From the NCBI GenBank assembly GCA_963816395.1, contig CAWFKQ010000016.1:512001-576000 (forward strand): 64,000 nucleotides of DNA, read 5' to 3'. Origin of the DNA: an uncultured delta proteobacterium. Lineage in GTDB: Bacteria; Desulfobacterota; Desulfuromonadia; Desulfuromonadales; JACZKF01. The notes under the pieces were generated by a model. That model had not been told where the DNA came from. It saw nothing but the letters and a program-made list of their open reading frames with translations, and did not search any database. The translations under genes were made by a program, and so were the position numbers. The first letter of the stretch is position 1, and each line of letters begins with the position of its first letter. Positions 20,819-31,319 of this stretch are shown here, in pieces.

Positions 20819-22582
20819 ATGGAAGGAAGGCTCGCCAGGGGCGGGGAATATCTACTGACGGAAGCGGTTGGGAAGAAGGTCTTCTCTCCCGAGGATTTTT
20901 CCTCGGAGCAGCGGCAGATTGCGGCGACGACCGAGGAGTTCGTGAAGAAAGAGGTCCTGCCGGAAATGGACCGCCTGGAGGGGCAGGACTTCGCGCTGGT
21001 GCTGGAGAAGATGCGGCGCTGCGCCGAGCTGGGGCTGTTTCTCGTCGATATCCCCGAAGAATTCGGCGGCCTGGAGCTGGACAAGGCCACCAGCATGCTG
21101 CTGGCGGAGAAGATGGGGCCGGCGGGCTCCTTCTCCATCACCTACGGCGGCCAGACCGGCATCGGTTCGCTCCCCCTCGTCTACTACGGCACGCGCCAGC
21201 AGAAAGAACGCTACCTGGGCAAGCTCACCGCGGGCGAGTGGATCGGCGCCTATTGCCTGACCGAGCCCGACTGCGGCAGCGATCCCCTGAGCGCCCGCAC
21301 CACGGCGGTGCTGAGCGCCGATGGGCGCCATTACGTGCTCAACGGCGTCAAGCAGTTCATCACCAATGCCGCCTTCGCCGATCTGTTCACCGTCTTTGCC
21401 AAGATCGACGGCAGACTCTTCTCCGCCTTTCTCGTGGAGAAAGGCACTGCCGGCTTTTCGGTGGGGCCGGAGGAGAAGAAAATGGGGCTCAAAGGCTCCT
21501 CCACGGCCCAGGTCCTGCTGCAGGATGTGCGGGTGCCGGTGGAGAACCTGCTGGGCGAGCCCGGCAAAGGGCATAAGATCGCCTTCAACGTCCTCAATAT
21601 CGGCCGGCTCAAGGTGGCCGCCACCGCCCTCGGCATGGCCAAGGGCGCCTTTGCCGAAGCGGCCCGCTACGCGCTGGAGAGAAAGCAGTTCGGACGGGTG
21701 ATCGGCGCCTTCGGCGCCATTCGGGAGAAGCTCGCGGACATGGTGGCCGCCACCTACGCCGCCGAGTCCGTGGTCTATCGGGTCGCCGGTCTGCTGGACG
21801 ACAGCATCGCGCACCTCGATCGCACAGGCACCGATTACTACCAGCGCTATCAGCAGGCCATTGAGGAATACGCCGGCGAGTGCGCCATCGCCAAGGTCTT
21901 CGGCACCGACACCCTGGCCGAGGTGGTCGACGAGGTCGTCCAGATCCACGGCGGTTACGGCTACATCAGCGACTACCCGGCCGAGCGCTATTACCGCGAT
22001 GAGCGCATCCAGCGCATCTTCGAAGGGACCAACGAGATCAACCGCATGCTCATCGCTACCCTGGTGTTTCGCCGCTCCGACAACGGAAGCCTCGATTATC
22101 GGCAGCGGGCCAGCGCCGCCCGGGCGCAGATCCGGGCCGGCGCCGTGGCGGATTGCCGGGAAGAAGGGCCGTTCGCCCGGGAGTTCGCCTTGCTGGGCAA
22201 CCTGAAGCAGCTCTTTCTGGCCCTGCTGGATGCCGCCTGGCCGGCCCGCGAATCCCAGGAAGTCCTCCTGCCCCTGGCGGAGCTGGCCATCGGCATCTTC
22301 GCCCTGGAAAGTGGGGTGCTGCGGGCCAGCCAGGCATACCCCGGAGCCAGCCCGCAGCGCCGCGCGCTCCTGGCGGCGGCGGTGACGGCGGCGGCCTTCG
22401 AACGGGCGGTCCGTTTTCCGCCGGCCGCCCTGCGCTGCGGCGCCTATGTGCTGGAAGGGGAAGAGCTGGCGGCCATGCAGCAGGCGATCGGGCGGCTGTC
22501 GGGCTACCGGCCGCAGCGCCTGCTCGAGGCCAGGCAGCTGCTGGCGCAGGCGGCGCTGGAGGCGGGAAAGTACATGTTTTAG
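20819..22582 (+). CDS. Long-type (FadE-like) acyl-CoA dehydrogenase
   Basis: AYCLTEPDCGSD, NGVKQFITN, RKQFG, QIHGGYGY, IFEGTNEI. Confidence 0.9.
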   Translation: MEGRLARGGEYLLTEAVGKKVFSPEDFSSEQRQIAATTEEFVKKEVLPEMDRLEGQDFALVLEKMRRCAELGLFLVDIPEEFGGLELDKATSMLLAEKMGPAGSFSITYGGQTGIGSLPLVYYGTRQQKERYLGKLTAGEWIGAYCLTEPDCGSDPLSARTTAVLSADGRHYVLNGVKQFITNAAFADLFTVFAKIDGRLFSAFLVEKGTAGFSVGPEEKKMGLKGSSTAQVLLQDVRVPVENLLGEPGKGHKIAFNVLNIGRLKVAATALGMAKGAFAEAARYALERKQFGRVIGAFGAIREKLADMVAATYAAESVVYRVAGLLDDSIAHLDRTGTDYYQRYQQAIEEYAGECAIAKVFGTDTLAEVVDEVVQIHGGYGYISDYPAERYYRDERIQRIFEGTNEINRMLIATLVFRRSDNGSLDYRQRASAARAQIRAGAVADCREEGPFAREFALLGNLKQLFLALLDAAWPARESQEVLLPLAELAIGIFALESGVLRASQAYPGASPQRRALLAAAVTAAAFERAVRFPPAALRCGAYVLEGEELAAMQQAIGRLSGYRPQRLLEARQLLAQAALEAGKYMF

Positions 22583-22722
22583 CCGGTTCCACGGACGGGC
22601 CTGGCAGCCCGCCTGCCGAGCTGGGGAAAAATGGATCCAGGGCATCGAGGAGAATGAGCGGCAAAACCCGACCGGCAGCGAACAACAGGAGAGAACAACG
22701 TTTCAGGCAGCAAAAAAATCCT

Positions 22723-22756
22723 TTGACTCTAAATAGGTATTGTGGTACTACAATAC
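22723..22756 (+). promoter_or_regulatory. sigma70-like promoter of the bamB operon overlapped by a 20-bp palindromic operator
   Basis: TTGACT-N17-TACTAC with extended TG; GTATTGTGGTACTACAATAC at 22737-22756. Confidence 0.7.
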
Positions 22757-22976
22757 GAAACGCACTGTTCTTCCCGTCTTCGTGGGAGCTAATCCTTAGA
22801 GCCAAGGCGTCGCGGCTCCAGTTCGGCAAAACACTATCCGGGGCAAGAAAGAGAGTCCCGGTGGTGAACACTTTCGGCTTCTAACTCATCGAACTCATGC
22901 TGAGTTTTGTGTCAACTCAAAATTCTTGGCATCGGATGGCCCGAGCCCGAATTCAGGCAATCTAGAAGGGGAAAAA

Positions 22977-24984
22977 ATGAGGTACGCAGAGACAGGATTT
23001 AATCTGGAAGTCGATCTCTCCCGAGGGAACATTGAGAAGGTGGCGACGGATCCAAGGGATACCGAACTTTACCTCGGGGGACTGGGGACCAACGCCAAGC
23101 TCATCTGGGACAGGGTCCCGCCTGAAGTGGAGCCGTTTTCGCCTGACAATCTTCTAATATTCGGCGCCGGTCTTTTATGTGGCACGCCCGCTACCGGCTG
23201 CAATCGGACCATTGTCTCCACCATTTCTCCTCAGACCGGCTTGCTGGCTTTTTCAATGATGGGGGGGTTCTGGGCTCCGGAATTGAAGTATGCCGGGTAT
23301 GACAAGGTGGTGCTGCGCGGCAAGTCGCCCAACCTGGTTTATCTGTATATCCACAATGACAAGGTGGAAATCCGCGATGCCTCTCATCTTGCCGGCAAGG
23401 GGTCGATCGAGACCGCGGAGCTCATCAAGAAGGAGTTGAACGAGCCGAAGGCCCAGGTGGCCGCTATCGGTCTGGCCGGGGAAAACCGGGTCTACTACGC
23501 CTCCATCGAGCAGGGGCGCTCCAGTGCCAGCCGCGGCGGCATCGGTGCCGTCATGGGGGACAAGGGGCTCAAGGCGATCGTCGTTCGCGGGACAAAGGAT
23601 CTCAGCGTCGCCAAGCCGGAAGAGTTCATGGGACTTTGCAACGACGTGCTGAAATACATCAAGGTCCGCGAAGACAACCCGATTCCGGGGGTCATGCCGA
23701 TTCTGGCGGGACTCGGCTCGCCGCAGGAAATGAAAGTCCATGACGAGAAGTGGCATACCGAAAATTTCATGTGGGGCAATTCCCGGACCCGGCGGAAGGA
23801 CTTCTGGAACGAGGAGATCGAAAAGGAGTGGACGGAGACCCTGGAGAATGCCCGGACGCGGCTGATCAGTTGCTTCAATTGCCCGATGAAATGCGGGGCG
23901 ACCATCTCCATGCCGGGGATGCCGACCTACATGATGAAATGCTTCACCAAGCTCACCTACACCATGGGCGCCTATGCGGATCTGGATTTCGGTTTAAGGA
24001 TCGCCCAGAAGGCCACCGAGTATGGCCTGGACGGATTCTCCGCCCCGCAGGTGATGGCCTTTGCCCTTGAGCTGCTTGAAAACGGCATATTGTCCGCCGA
24101 GGATTTCCCGGGGATGCCCGAAGACAACGAAGGCAGATTTTACTACCTTCTCGATATGATCGTCCGGCGCGAAGGGATCGGCGATGTGCTGGCCAAGGGG
24201 ACCTACTGGGCGGCCAAGGAGATCGGCAACGGCGCAGAAGACTATGCGCCATAACAATATCAAGAAGCACGAGCAGCTGCCGTTGAAGCTGTCCATGCTG
24301 AATCCCGTTTACTTCCTGATGTATGCAACCGGTGAGAAGATGAACATCACCCAGATCGAAGGGCAGTTTCCCCAGGCGCCGTTTGCCACAAAGGAGGAGC
24401 GGGAAGAATTTGTCAAGGATTGGATCCAGGTTCCCGATGAAAAGTTCAAGCAGATTCTGTTGGACTGGGAATTCCGCGGGGACAATTCGAACCCCTACTA
24501 CCCAACGGTTGAAATGTCGTGTGACATCGTCGACTGGCAGGAGACGATGCACTACATCGATGATGCCCTCGGTCAGTGCGCGGGCCTGTCATCCTTTCCC
24601 CTTAAGCCTCCCTACCACATCCATAATTATCCGAAATTCATCTCGGCGGGAGCCGGGATCGACATGGATAAGGAGAAGCTGACGCAGGCGGCAAAGAGAT
24701 ATCGGACGCTGGTCAGGGCCATCAATATCGGCAGGGGCATGAGAAGAAAAGATGAAAAGCCGCCGGAGAATCACTGGAAAAAAAGATTCCCCGAACTGGA
24801 AGAGCAGCTTCTGGATTCGTATTACAAGCTCAAGGGGTGGAACAACGACGGCATCCCCACCAAAGAATCCCTCGAGGAACTGGGCTTGGCTTATGTGAGC
24901 GAAGATTTCCTTAAGCGGGGGATCTTGACGGAGGGTGGCACGGTCCCTTCCGAAGTAGCTTCGGCGGCAGAAGAGCAAAACTAG
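22977..24984 (+). CDS. bamB: Class II benzoyl-CoA reductase tungsten subunit (AOR family); one +1 frameshift near 24248
   Basis: MRYAETG start, SPQEMKVHDEKWHTENF, CFNCPMKC, MMKCFTKLTY, TQIEG, DWQE. Confidence 0.95.
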
Positions 24985-25001
24985 AGTGGAGGGCGTGAAC
25001 C

Positions 25002-25547
25002 TTGAAAAATAATAAGAAAACCAAAACAGTCAAAACCATAAATATCGATGTCGACAAGTGCAATGGCTGCCGGGCGTGTGAGGTGATCTGCTCCGCCTTT
25101 CATGCCGCGCCGCGCTACAGCAGCAATAACCCGGAGCGCTCTCGTGTGCGCGTGATTCGCGATCCGCTCCGAGACGTTTACGTTCCGGTGTACGCCGGCG
25201 AGTATGCCGAGGCCGAATGCTCCGGCCGGGACAGGTACACCATCAATGGCAAGGAATACGACGAGTGCGGTTTTTGCAGGGCCTCCTGCCCGTCCAGAGA
25301 TCTGTTCAGGGAACCCGACTCCGGCCTCCCGCTGAAATGCGATATGTGTGAAGGTGAGGAAGAGCCCTTGTGCGTCAAATGGTGCCTGGTCGATGCCCTG
25401 ACCGTTTCGGTAAGGGAAGTGGAAGTGAAAACCGAAGAGGTGAAGCGGGAGGAGATGGAGATCGGCCTGGAAGCTTTGGTCAAGAGGCATGGAATAGATA
25501 AGATCATCGATACGGTCGCGCACATGTCCAAAACCTTGAAACCCTAA
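25002..25547 (+). CDS. bamC: Benzoyl-CoA reductase Fe-S subunit
   Basis: CNGCRACEVIC, ECGFCRASCPSRDLFREPDSGLPLKCDMC; TTG start. Confidence 0.92.
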   Translation: MKNNKKTKTVKTINIDVDKCNGCRACEVICSAFHAAPRYSSNNPERSRVRVIRDPLRDVYVPVYAGEYAEAECSGRDRYTINGKEYDECGFCRASCPSRDLFREPDSGLPLKCDMCEGEEEPLCVKWCLVDALTVSVREVEVKTEEVKREEMEIGLEALVKRHGIDKIIDTVAHMSKTLKP

Positions 25548-25568
25548 AGAGAAGAGGTAGGTGATATC

Positions 25569-26720
25569 GTGGAGACCGTAGCGCCCTTCAAAGAAATCGT
25601 CGATGCCATAAAAGAGAACGGCGGCGACTCGTTCAAATACTGCTACCAGTGCGGGTTGTGTGACGCTGTCTGCCCATGGAACAGAGTACGCCAGTTCAGC
25701 ATGCGCAAGACGATCCGGCAGGCCACGTTCGGCCTGACCGAGATCGAGAACGAGGGGATCTGGCGCTGCTCTACCTGCGGGACCTGTCCCAGTCGCTGTC
25801 CCCGGGGAGTGAATCAGATCGAGGCCGGGGTGTCCTTGCGCAAGCTCGCTGCCGAGTATGACGTGTATCCGGGCCATGCCGCCCCGATCCGCAACGTCGT
25901 GGCCAGCCTCACCTCCGAGGGCAATTCCCTGGGCGGCGACCGCGACAAGCGGGCGGAATGGGCCAAGGGTCTGCCCGTAAAAACCTTCACCGAGGATATG
26001 GAGGTTTTATACTTCACCGGCTGTTACCTGAGCTATGACCCGCGCATGCGACAGGTGGCCGCCGCCACCGCCAAGGTCCTGAACAAGGCTGGCGTGGATT
26101 TCGGGATTCTTGGCTCCAGGGAAAGCTGCTGTGGAGAAAGCATCCGCAAAACGGGCAATGAAGAGTTGTTCAAGCGCCTGGCCAGGGAGAACATCAAGGC
26201 GTTTGTCGAGGCCGGCGTGAAGAAAGTTCTGGTCTCTTCCCCGCACTGCTACCACAGCTTCAAAAACGAGTACCCCGAGTTCATGGTGAAGTTCGAGGTG
26301 GTCTTTATCTCCGAATTTATCGCCGATCTGGTCAGCCAGGGTCGGCTGCAGCTCACCGGCGAATATGGAAAGAAAGTCACCTACCACGATCCGTGTTACC
26401 TGGGGCGCCACAACGGCATCTACGACAAGCCCCGCGAGCTCCTGACCAAGGTTCCCGGTCTCCAGCTGAGCGAGATGGCCGATTCGCGGGAAAAGAGCCT
26501 GTGCTGCGGAGGCGGCGGGGGCAGGATCTGGATGGAAACTCCCAAAGAGGAACGCTTCTCCGGCCTGCGCGTCAGGCAAGCCGTTGATGCCGGAGCCGAG
26601 ATCCTGGTTACCTCCTGTCCCTACTGCATCACCAACTTCACGGACAGCAGCCTGGACCTGGACGAGAGTGAAGCCCTGCAGATCAAGGACATCACGGAAA
26701 TCATTCAGGAAGTGATCTAG
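25569..26720 (+). CDS. bamD: HdrD/GlpC-like CCG-domain Fe-S protein
   Basis: CYQCGLCDAVCP, CSTCGTCPSRCP, ESCCG, YHDPCYLGR, CCGGGGG. Confidence 0.9.
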   Translation: METVAPFKEIVDAIKENGGDSFKYCYQCGLCDAVCPWNRVRQFSMRKTIRQATFGLTEIENEGIWRCSTCGTCPSRCPRGVNQIEAGVSLRKLAAEYDVYPGHAAPIRNVVASLTSEGNSLGGDRDKRAEWAKGLPVKTFTEDMEVLYFTGCYLSYDPRMRQVAAATAKVLNKAGVDFGILGSRESCCGESIRKTGNEELFKRLARENIKAFVEAGVKKVLVSSPHCYHSFKNEYPEFMVKFEVVFISEFIADLVSQGRLQLTGEYGKKVTYHDPCYLGRHNGIYDKPRELLTKVPGLQLSEMADSREKSLCCGGGGGRIWMETPKEERFSGLRVRQAVDAGAEILVTSCPYCITNFTDSSLDLDESEALQIKDITEIIQEVI

Positions 26721-26860
26721 GGGAGTTGTCGGAAAACGTTGCGCACAGCCTTTGGCTCCAGGCAAATGCGTGGGCGGTAACGGGTTGCAACGGCGGGTCA
26801 TACGGCAGGCGTTCGGCGGGTTCTCAAGGAACCCGAAGCGCCTGATACAGGGAGAATAAA

Positions 26861-29800
26861 GTGGAAAGCACTCCAGTCGCAAGACAACCTATTGATAATT
26901 CCGCGGGCAGGAATATGGGCGATGTCCTGGTTGTCGGTGGTGGGATAAGCGGCATTCAGGCCGCTCTTGATCTCGCCGATTCCGGCTTCTATGTTTATCT
27001 GGTTGATAAGTCGCCCGCCCTCGGCGGAAAGATGGCCCAACTGGACAAAACCTTCCCCACCGGTGACTGTTCCATGTGCATCGAGTCTCCCAAGTTCATC
27101 GAGTGCTCGAGAAATCCCAACATTGAGATCCTGACCTATACCGAAGTAGACAGAGTCGAGGGCGAGGCAGGAGACTTCAAGGTCACCCTGATTAAAAAGC
27201 CCAGGTACATCGTCGAGGAGAAATGCACGGGCTGCAACATCTGCGTGGACTACTGCCCGGTCAAGATTCCCGATCCGTTTAACCAGAACCTGTCTTCGAA
27301 CAAGGCCGTCCACATCCACTTTTCTCAAGCGGTTCCTCTGGTCACCTATGTGGATCCCGAGACCTGCCTGTACCTGCAGGAAGGGAAGTGCCAGGCTTGC
27401 GTGAACGTCTGCAAGGCTAGGGCTTTTGATTTCAACCAGAAGCCCGAGAAGATGGAGGTGGAGGTCGGCGCGATTCTCCTCTCTCCCGGTTACGACACCT
27501 TCGACCCGAAACTTCGCGGCGACTTTGGCTACGGCACCATGGAAAACGTCGTCACCAGCCTGGATTTCGAGCGGATCCTGTGCGCCACCGGACCCTTCGA
27601 AGGTGAGGTGCGGCGCCCCTCCGACAAGAAGCATCCCCAGAAGATCGCCTGGATTCAGTGCGTCGGTTCGCGGCAGGCCAACCTCGAAGGCGGCAACAGC
27701 TACTGCTCGGCGGTGTGCTGCGCCTATACCCAGAAGCAGGTGATCCTGGCGAAAGACCATGACGCCGGCCTCAACGCCACCATCTTCCATAACGACATCC
27801 GCGCCTTCGGCAAGGATTTCGAGCGCTTCTATCAGAGAGCGGAGAAGCTGTCGGACGTGCGTTTCATCCGCAGCTACGTGACGGTGGGCAGAGAACTCGA
27901 AGAATCGAAGAACGTCACCATCCGCTATTCCACCCTTGAGGAGGGAGTCAAGGAAGAGGAATTCGATCTGGTGGTGCTCTCGGTCGGGTTGAACCCGCCT
28001 AAAGATGTGGCGGGCCTGGCCAGGAAATTCGACATTGAACTCAATGAGCACGGATTCTGTAAAATCAATCCTAAAAATCCCATCGAGACGACGCGCAAGG
28101 GGGTTTTCGTCAGCGGGGCGTTCCAGGGGCCTTTGGATATCCCCGAATCCGTCTTTACCGCCAGCGGCGCCGACGCCCTGGTTGGCGAGCTTCTCAATTA
28201 TCGCCGCCATCGGTTGAGCCGGGACCGCGTCTATCCGCCGGAGCGCGACGTTTCGGAGGAGGAACTCAAGATCGGGGTAGTCGTCTGTCACTGCGGCGCC
28301 AATATCGGTCGGGTCGTCGATATCCCGGATGTGGTGGAGTATGCCTCCACCCTGAAGGGGGTCTCCTGGGCCGGAGAGAACCTGTTCGCCTGCTCCACGG
28401 AAAATGCCAAGCAGATTTCCGACGCTATTGTCGAAAAAGGACTCAATCGCGTCGTGCTGGCGGCATGCACCCCCCGAACCCACGAGCCGCTGTTCCGGGA
28501 TACCTGTCGTGAAGCGGGCCTCAATCAGTACTTCTTCGAGTTCGCCAATATCCGGGAACACTGCTCCTGGGTCCACTCGCGCGAGAAGGAGAACGCCACC
28601 CAGAAGGCCAAGGACATCATCCGGATGTCCGTTGCCCGGGCCGCCCATCTGGAGCCGCTGGAGGAGTTCGAGCTGCCGGTCGACAAGACGGCGCTGGTGG
28701 TCGGAGGCGGCCTGGCCGGCATGACCAGCGCCCTGAACATGGCGGAACAGGGGTTCGAGGTTCACCTGATCGAAAAGGATTCGGACCTCGGCGGTATGGC
28801 CAGGAGAATCCACTATACCCTGGAAGGCATGGACGTCCAGGAGCATTTGAGCGCTCTTATCCGCAAGGTTTACCGGCATCCCCTGGTCCGCGTGGCGACC
28901 GACTCCACTATCACCCAAGTGACCGGTTATATCGGGAATTTCACAACGCACCGTCGCCACGGCGGGGAGAAAGCCCAGGAAGATAAACCACGGGATTGCC
29001 ATTATCGCTACCGGCGCTCAGGAGTATCGGCCCACCGAATACCTGTACGGCCAGAACGACCGCGTCCTGACCCAGCTGGAACTGGAGGGCGGTATCTCCG
29101 GGCAAGACGAAAAAGTGCTGGGCGCCAAGAGTCTGGTGATGGTCCAGTGCGTCGGCTGCCGGCAGGAAGACAGGAATTACTGCAGCCGCGTCTGTTGCGG
29201 CCATGCCATCAAGAATGCCTTGAAGCTCAAGGCGATCAATCCCGAAATCGATATCCACATCATCTTCCGGGACATGAGAACCTACGGATTCAAGGAGGAT
29301 TTTTACCGCGAGGCGGCGAGCAAGGACATCAAGTTCATCCGCTACGAGCCGGCAGACAAGCCGCAGGTGGAAGCAGCCGGAGGCGCGCTGCAGGTGACGG
29401 TGGCCGATCCCGTCCTGGGGCAGAGGCTTGAGCTGGAAGCCGATCTGGTCGTCCTGTCCGCCGCGGTCCTTCCTGCCGAAACCACCCAGGATGTCGGCCG
29501 CCTGTTCAAGGTTTCGATGAATCCGGACGGCTTCTTCCAGGAAGCCCATGTGAAACTGCGGCCCGTCGATTTTGCCGCCGATGGGGTTTTCCTGTGCGGT
29601 ACCGCCCAGTATCCGAAGCATATCTCGGAAACGATCAGCCAGGCCTATGGGGCTGCGGGCCGCGCCGTCTGCATCCTCTCGGGAGAGTCGGTCACCGCCT
29701 CAGGGTCCGTCTGCGACGTCAAGGAGCATAACTGTGTAGCCTGCGGGGCCTGTATCACGGCCTGCAAGTATGGCGCTATTGATTTTTACGAGACGCCGCA

Positions 29801-29951
29801 GGGCAAAAAAGCCCGGGTGGAGGCGGTTCTGTGCAAGGGCGACGGCCTGTGCAATGCCAAATGCCCGACCGGGGCCATTTACCTGAAACATTATACGGAC
29901 GAGGAGATCTTCGCCCAGATTGACCAGGCGATCGATAAGGCGGCCCACTGA
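26861..29951 (+). CDS. bamE: HdrA-like flavin-bifurcating subunit; one +1 frameshift near 28950
   Basis: VVGGGISG, LDKTFPTGDCSMC, two WIQCVGSR/VQCVGCR modules, C-terminal ferredoxin; the two track ORFs join after removing one base. Confidence 0.92.
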
Positions 29952-29998
29952 CCAGGGTGGAAAGTTGGATTTTGACGACGGACTGAAAGGAGATACAT

Positions 29999-30769
29999 AT
30001 GGCTGCGGGATTCGAGTACAAGCCCAGCGTCATCGGCTTTCTGTGCACTTGGTGAGCATACGGGGCTGCGGACCTGTCTGGAGTTTCCAGGCAACAATAT
30101 AGTACTGAAACAAAGATCATCCGGGTAATGTGCACCGGCAGGGTGGATATCTCGTTTGTGCTCCGGGCTTTCTCCAAAGGAGCGGACGGGGTGTTCATCG
30201 GCGGTTGCTGGCTGGGCGAATGCCATTACGTGACGGAAGGCAATTACGATGCATTGTTTAATATGCATCTGGCCAAGAAATTGCTGGAGTACATCGGTGT
30301 GAACCCTGACCGGTTGCGGCTCGAGTGGATTTCTGCCTCGGAAGGGGTGCGTTATGCCGAAATCATGAATGACTTCGGCAAAAACCTCAGGCAGTTGGGG
30401 CCTCTCGGCAAAAGTGAAGGCTTAGCCGACAGCGCCTTGAAGCTCAAACTGGAAGCGGTCACGAAAATCCTCCCTTATGCCAAACTGGTGGAACGGGAGA
30501 GATTGCGGGTACGCTTTAACACCGAGGAGGAGTATAGGGAGTATTTCGCCAGTGCCAAGTTCAATCAGCTCTTCAAGGAATTGGTGACAGATAAGCTGGC
30601 CATCAGCCAGATTATGCTGCTCTTGCGGAAGGACCCCCTTTCCGCCCGGGACATTGCCGAAGGTCTTGGTCTGGAAGCCTCTGAAGTATCCAGGCATCTC
30701 AGCATGTCTTCGCGGCTTGGCCTGGTCCGCTTCGATGAGCAGTTGAAACGCTACGCTCTGGCCAGTTGA
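29999..30769 (+). CDS. bamF: MvhD-like selenoprotein with C-terminal winged-helix extension (UGA read as Sec at codon 19)
   Basis: ATG 29999 after AAAGGAG gives MAAGFEYKPSVIGFLCTW(TGA)AYGAADLSG...RVMCTGRVD; the track only shows the part after the UGA. Confidence 0.93.
30053..30093 (+). promoter_or_regulatory. Sec codon plus bacterial SECIS-like hairpin
   Basis: TGA at 30053-30055; stem TGTCTGGA (30075-30082) / TCCAGGCA (30086-30093) with a G-initiated apical loop. Confidence 0.7.
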
Positions 30770-30815
30770 AGAGTGGCTCTACACTTATTTGCAGGAAAGA
30801 GATAAGGACGACGAC

Positions 30816-31310
30816 ATGGATATCGGCAGAGTCGATCAGATTATTGAGGCGCATCACGGCGAAGCCAGTTCGCTGATACAGATATTGCTGGACATCCAGA
30901 GCGAAAATAAATGGCTCCCCAAGGAAGCGTTGACCCGCGTCAGCGAGAAACTGGCTGTTCCCATGAGCCGCATCCAGCATATCACCACCTTTTACAAGCA
31001 CTTCAGCCTCACTCCCAAAGGCCGGCACGAGGTTCACGTCTGCGTAGGGACGGCCTGCCATGTCCGTGGCGCGCAGGGCATTATCGACGCGGTCGAGGAC
31101 GTGACCGGAGTCAAGCCCGGCGAGACCGATTCGGACTTGAACTTCAGCGTGGAGACCGTCAGCTGCCTCGGCTGCTGTGCCCTGGGGCCGGTGATGGTCG
31201 TCGATGGCGAAATCCATGGCAACGTGAATAAGCCCGAGGCGGCAGAAGTCCTGAAGCAACTGGAGCAGGCCGAGACAGCGGATGTCTTGAAAAAATGTGC
31301 GTGTGAGTAG
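30816..31310 (+). CDS. bamG: NuoE-like [2Fe-2S] subunit
   Basis: CVGTACHVRG and CLGCCALGP. Confidence 0.92.
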   Translation: MDIGRVDQIIEAHHGEASSLIQILLDIQSENKWLPKEALTRVSEKLAVPMSRIQHITTFYKHFSLTPKGRHEVHVCVGTACHVRGAQGIIDAVEDVTGVKPGETDSDLNFSVETVSCLGCCALGPVMVVDGEIHGNVNKPEAAEVLKQLEQAETADVLKKCACE

Positions 31311-31319
31311 GGAGAGATT

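Noticed and set aside
22820..22875. c-di-GMP-I riboswitch in the bamB leader (GGCAAA plus a stem)
   Set aside because: The second conserved stem and the GCAAA junction are absent
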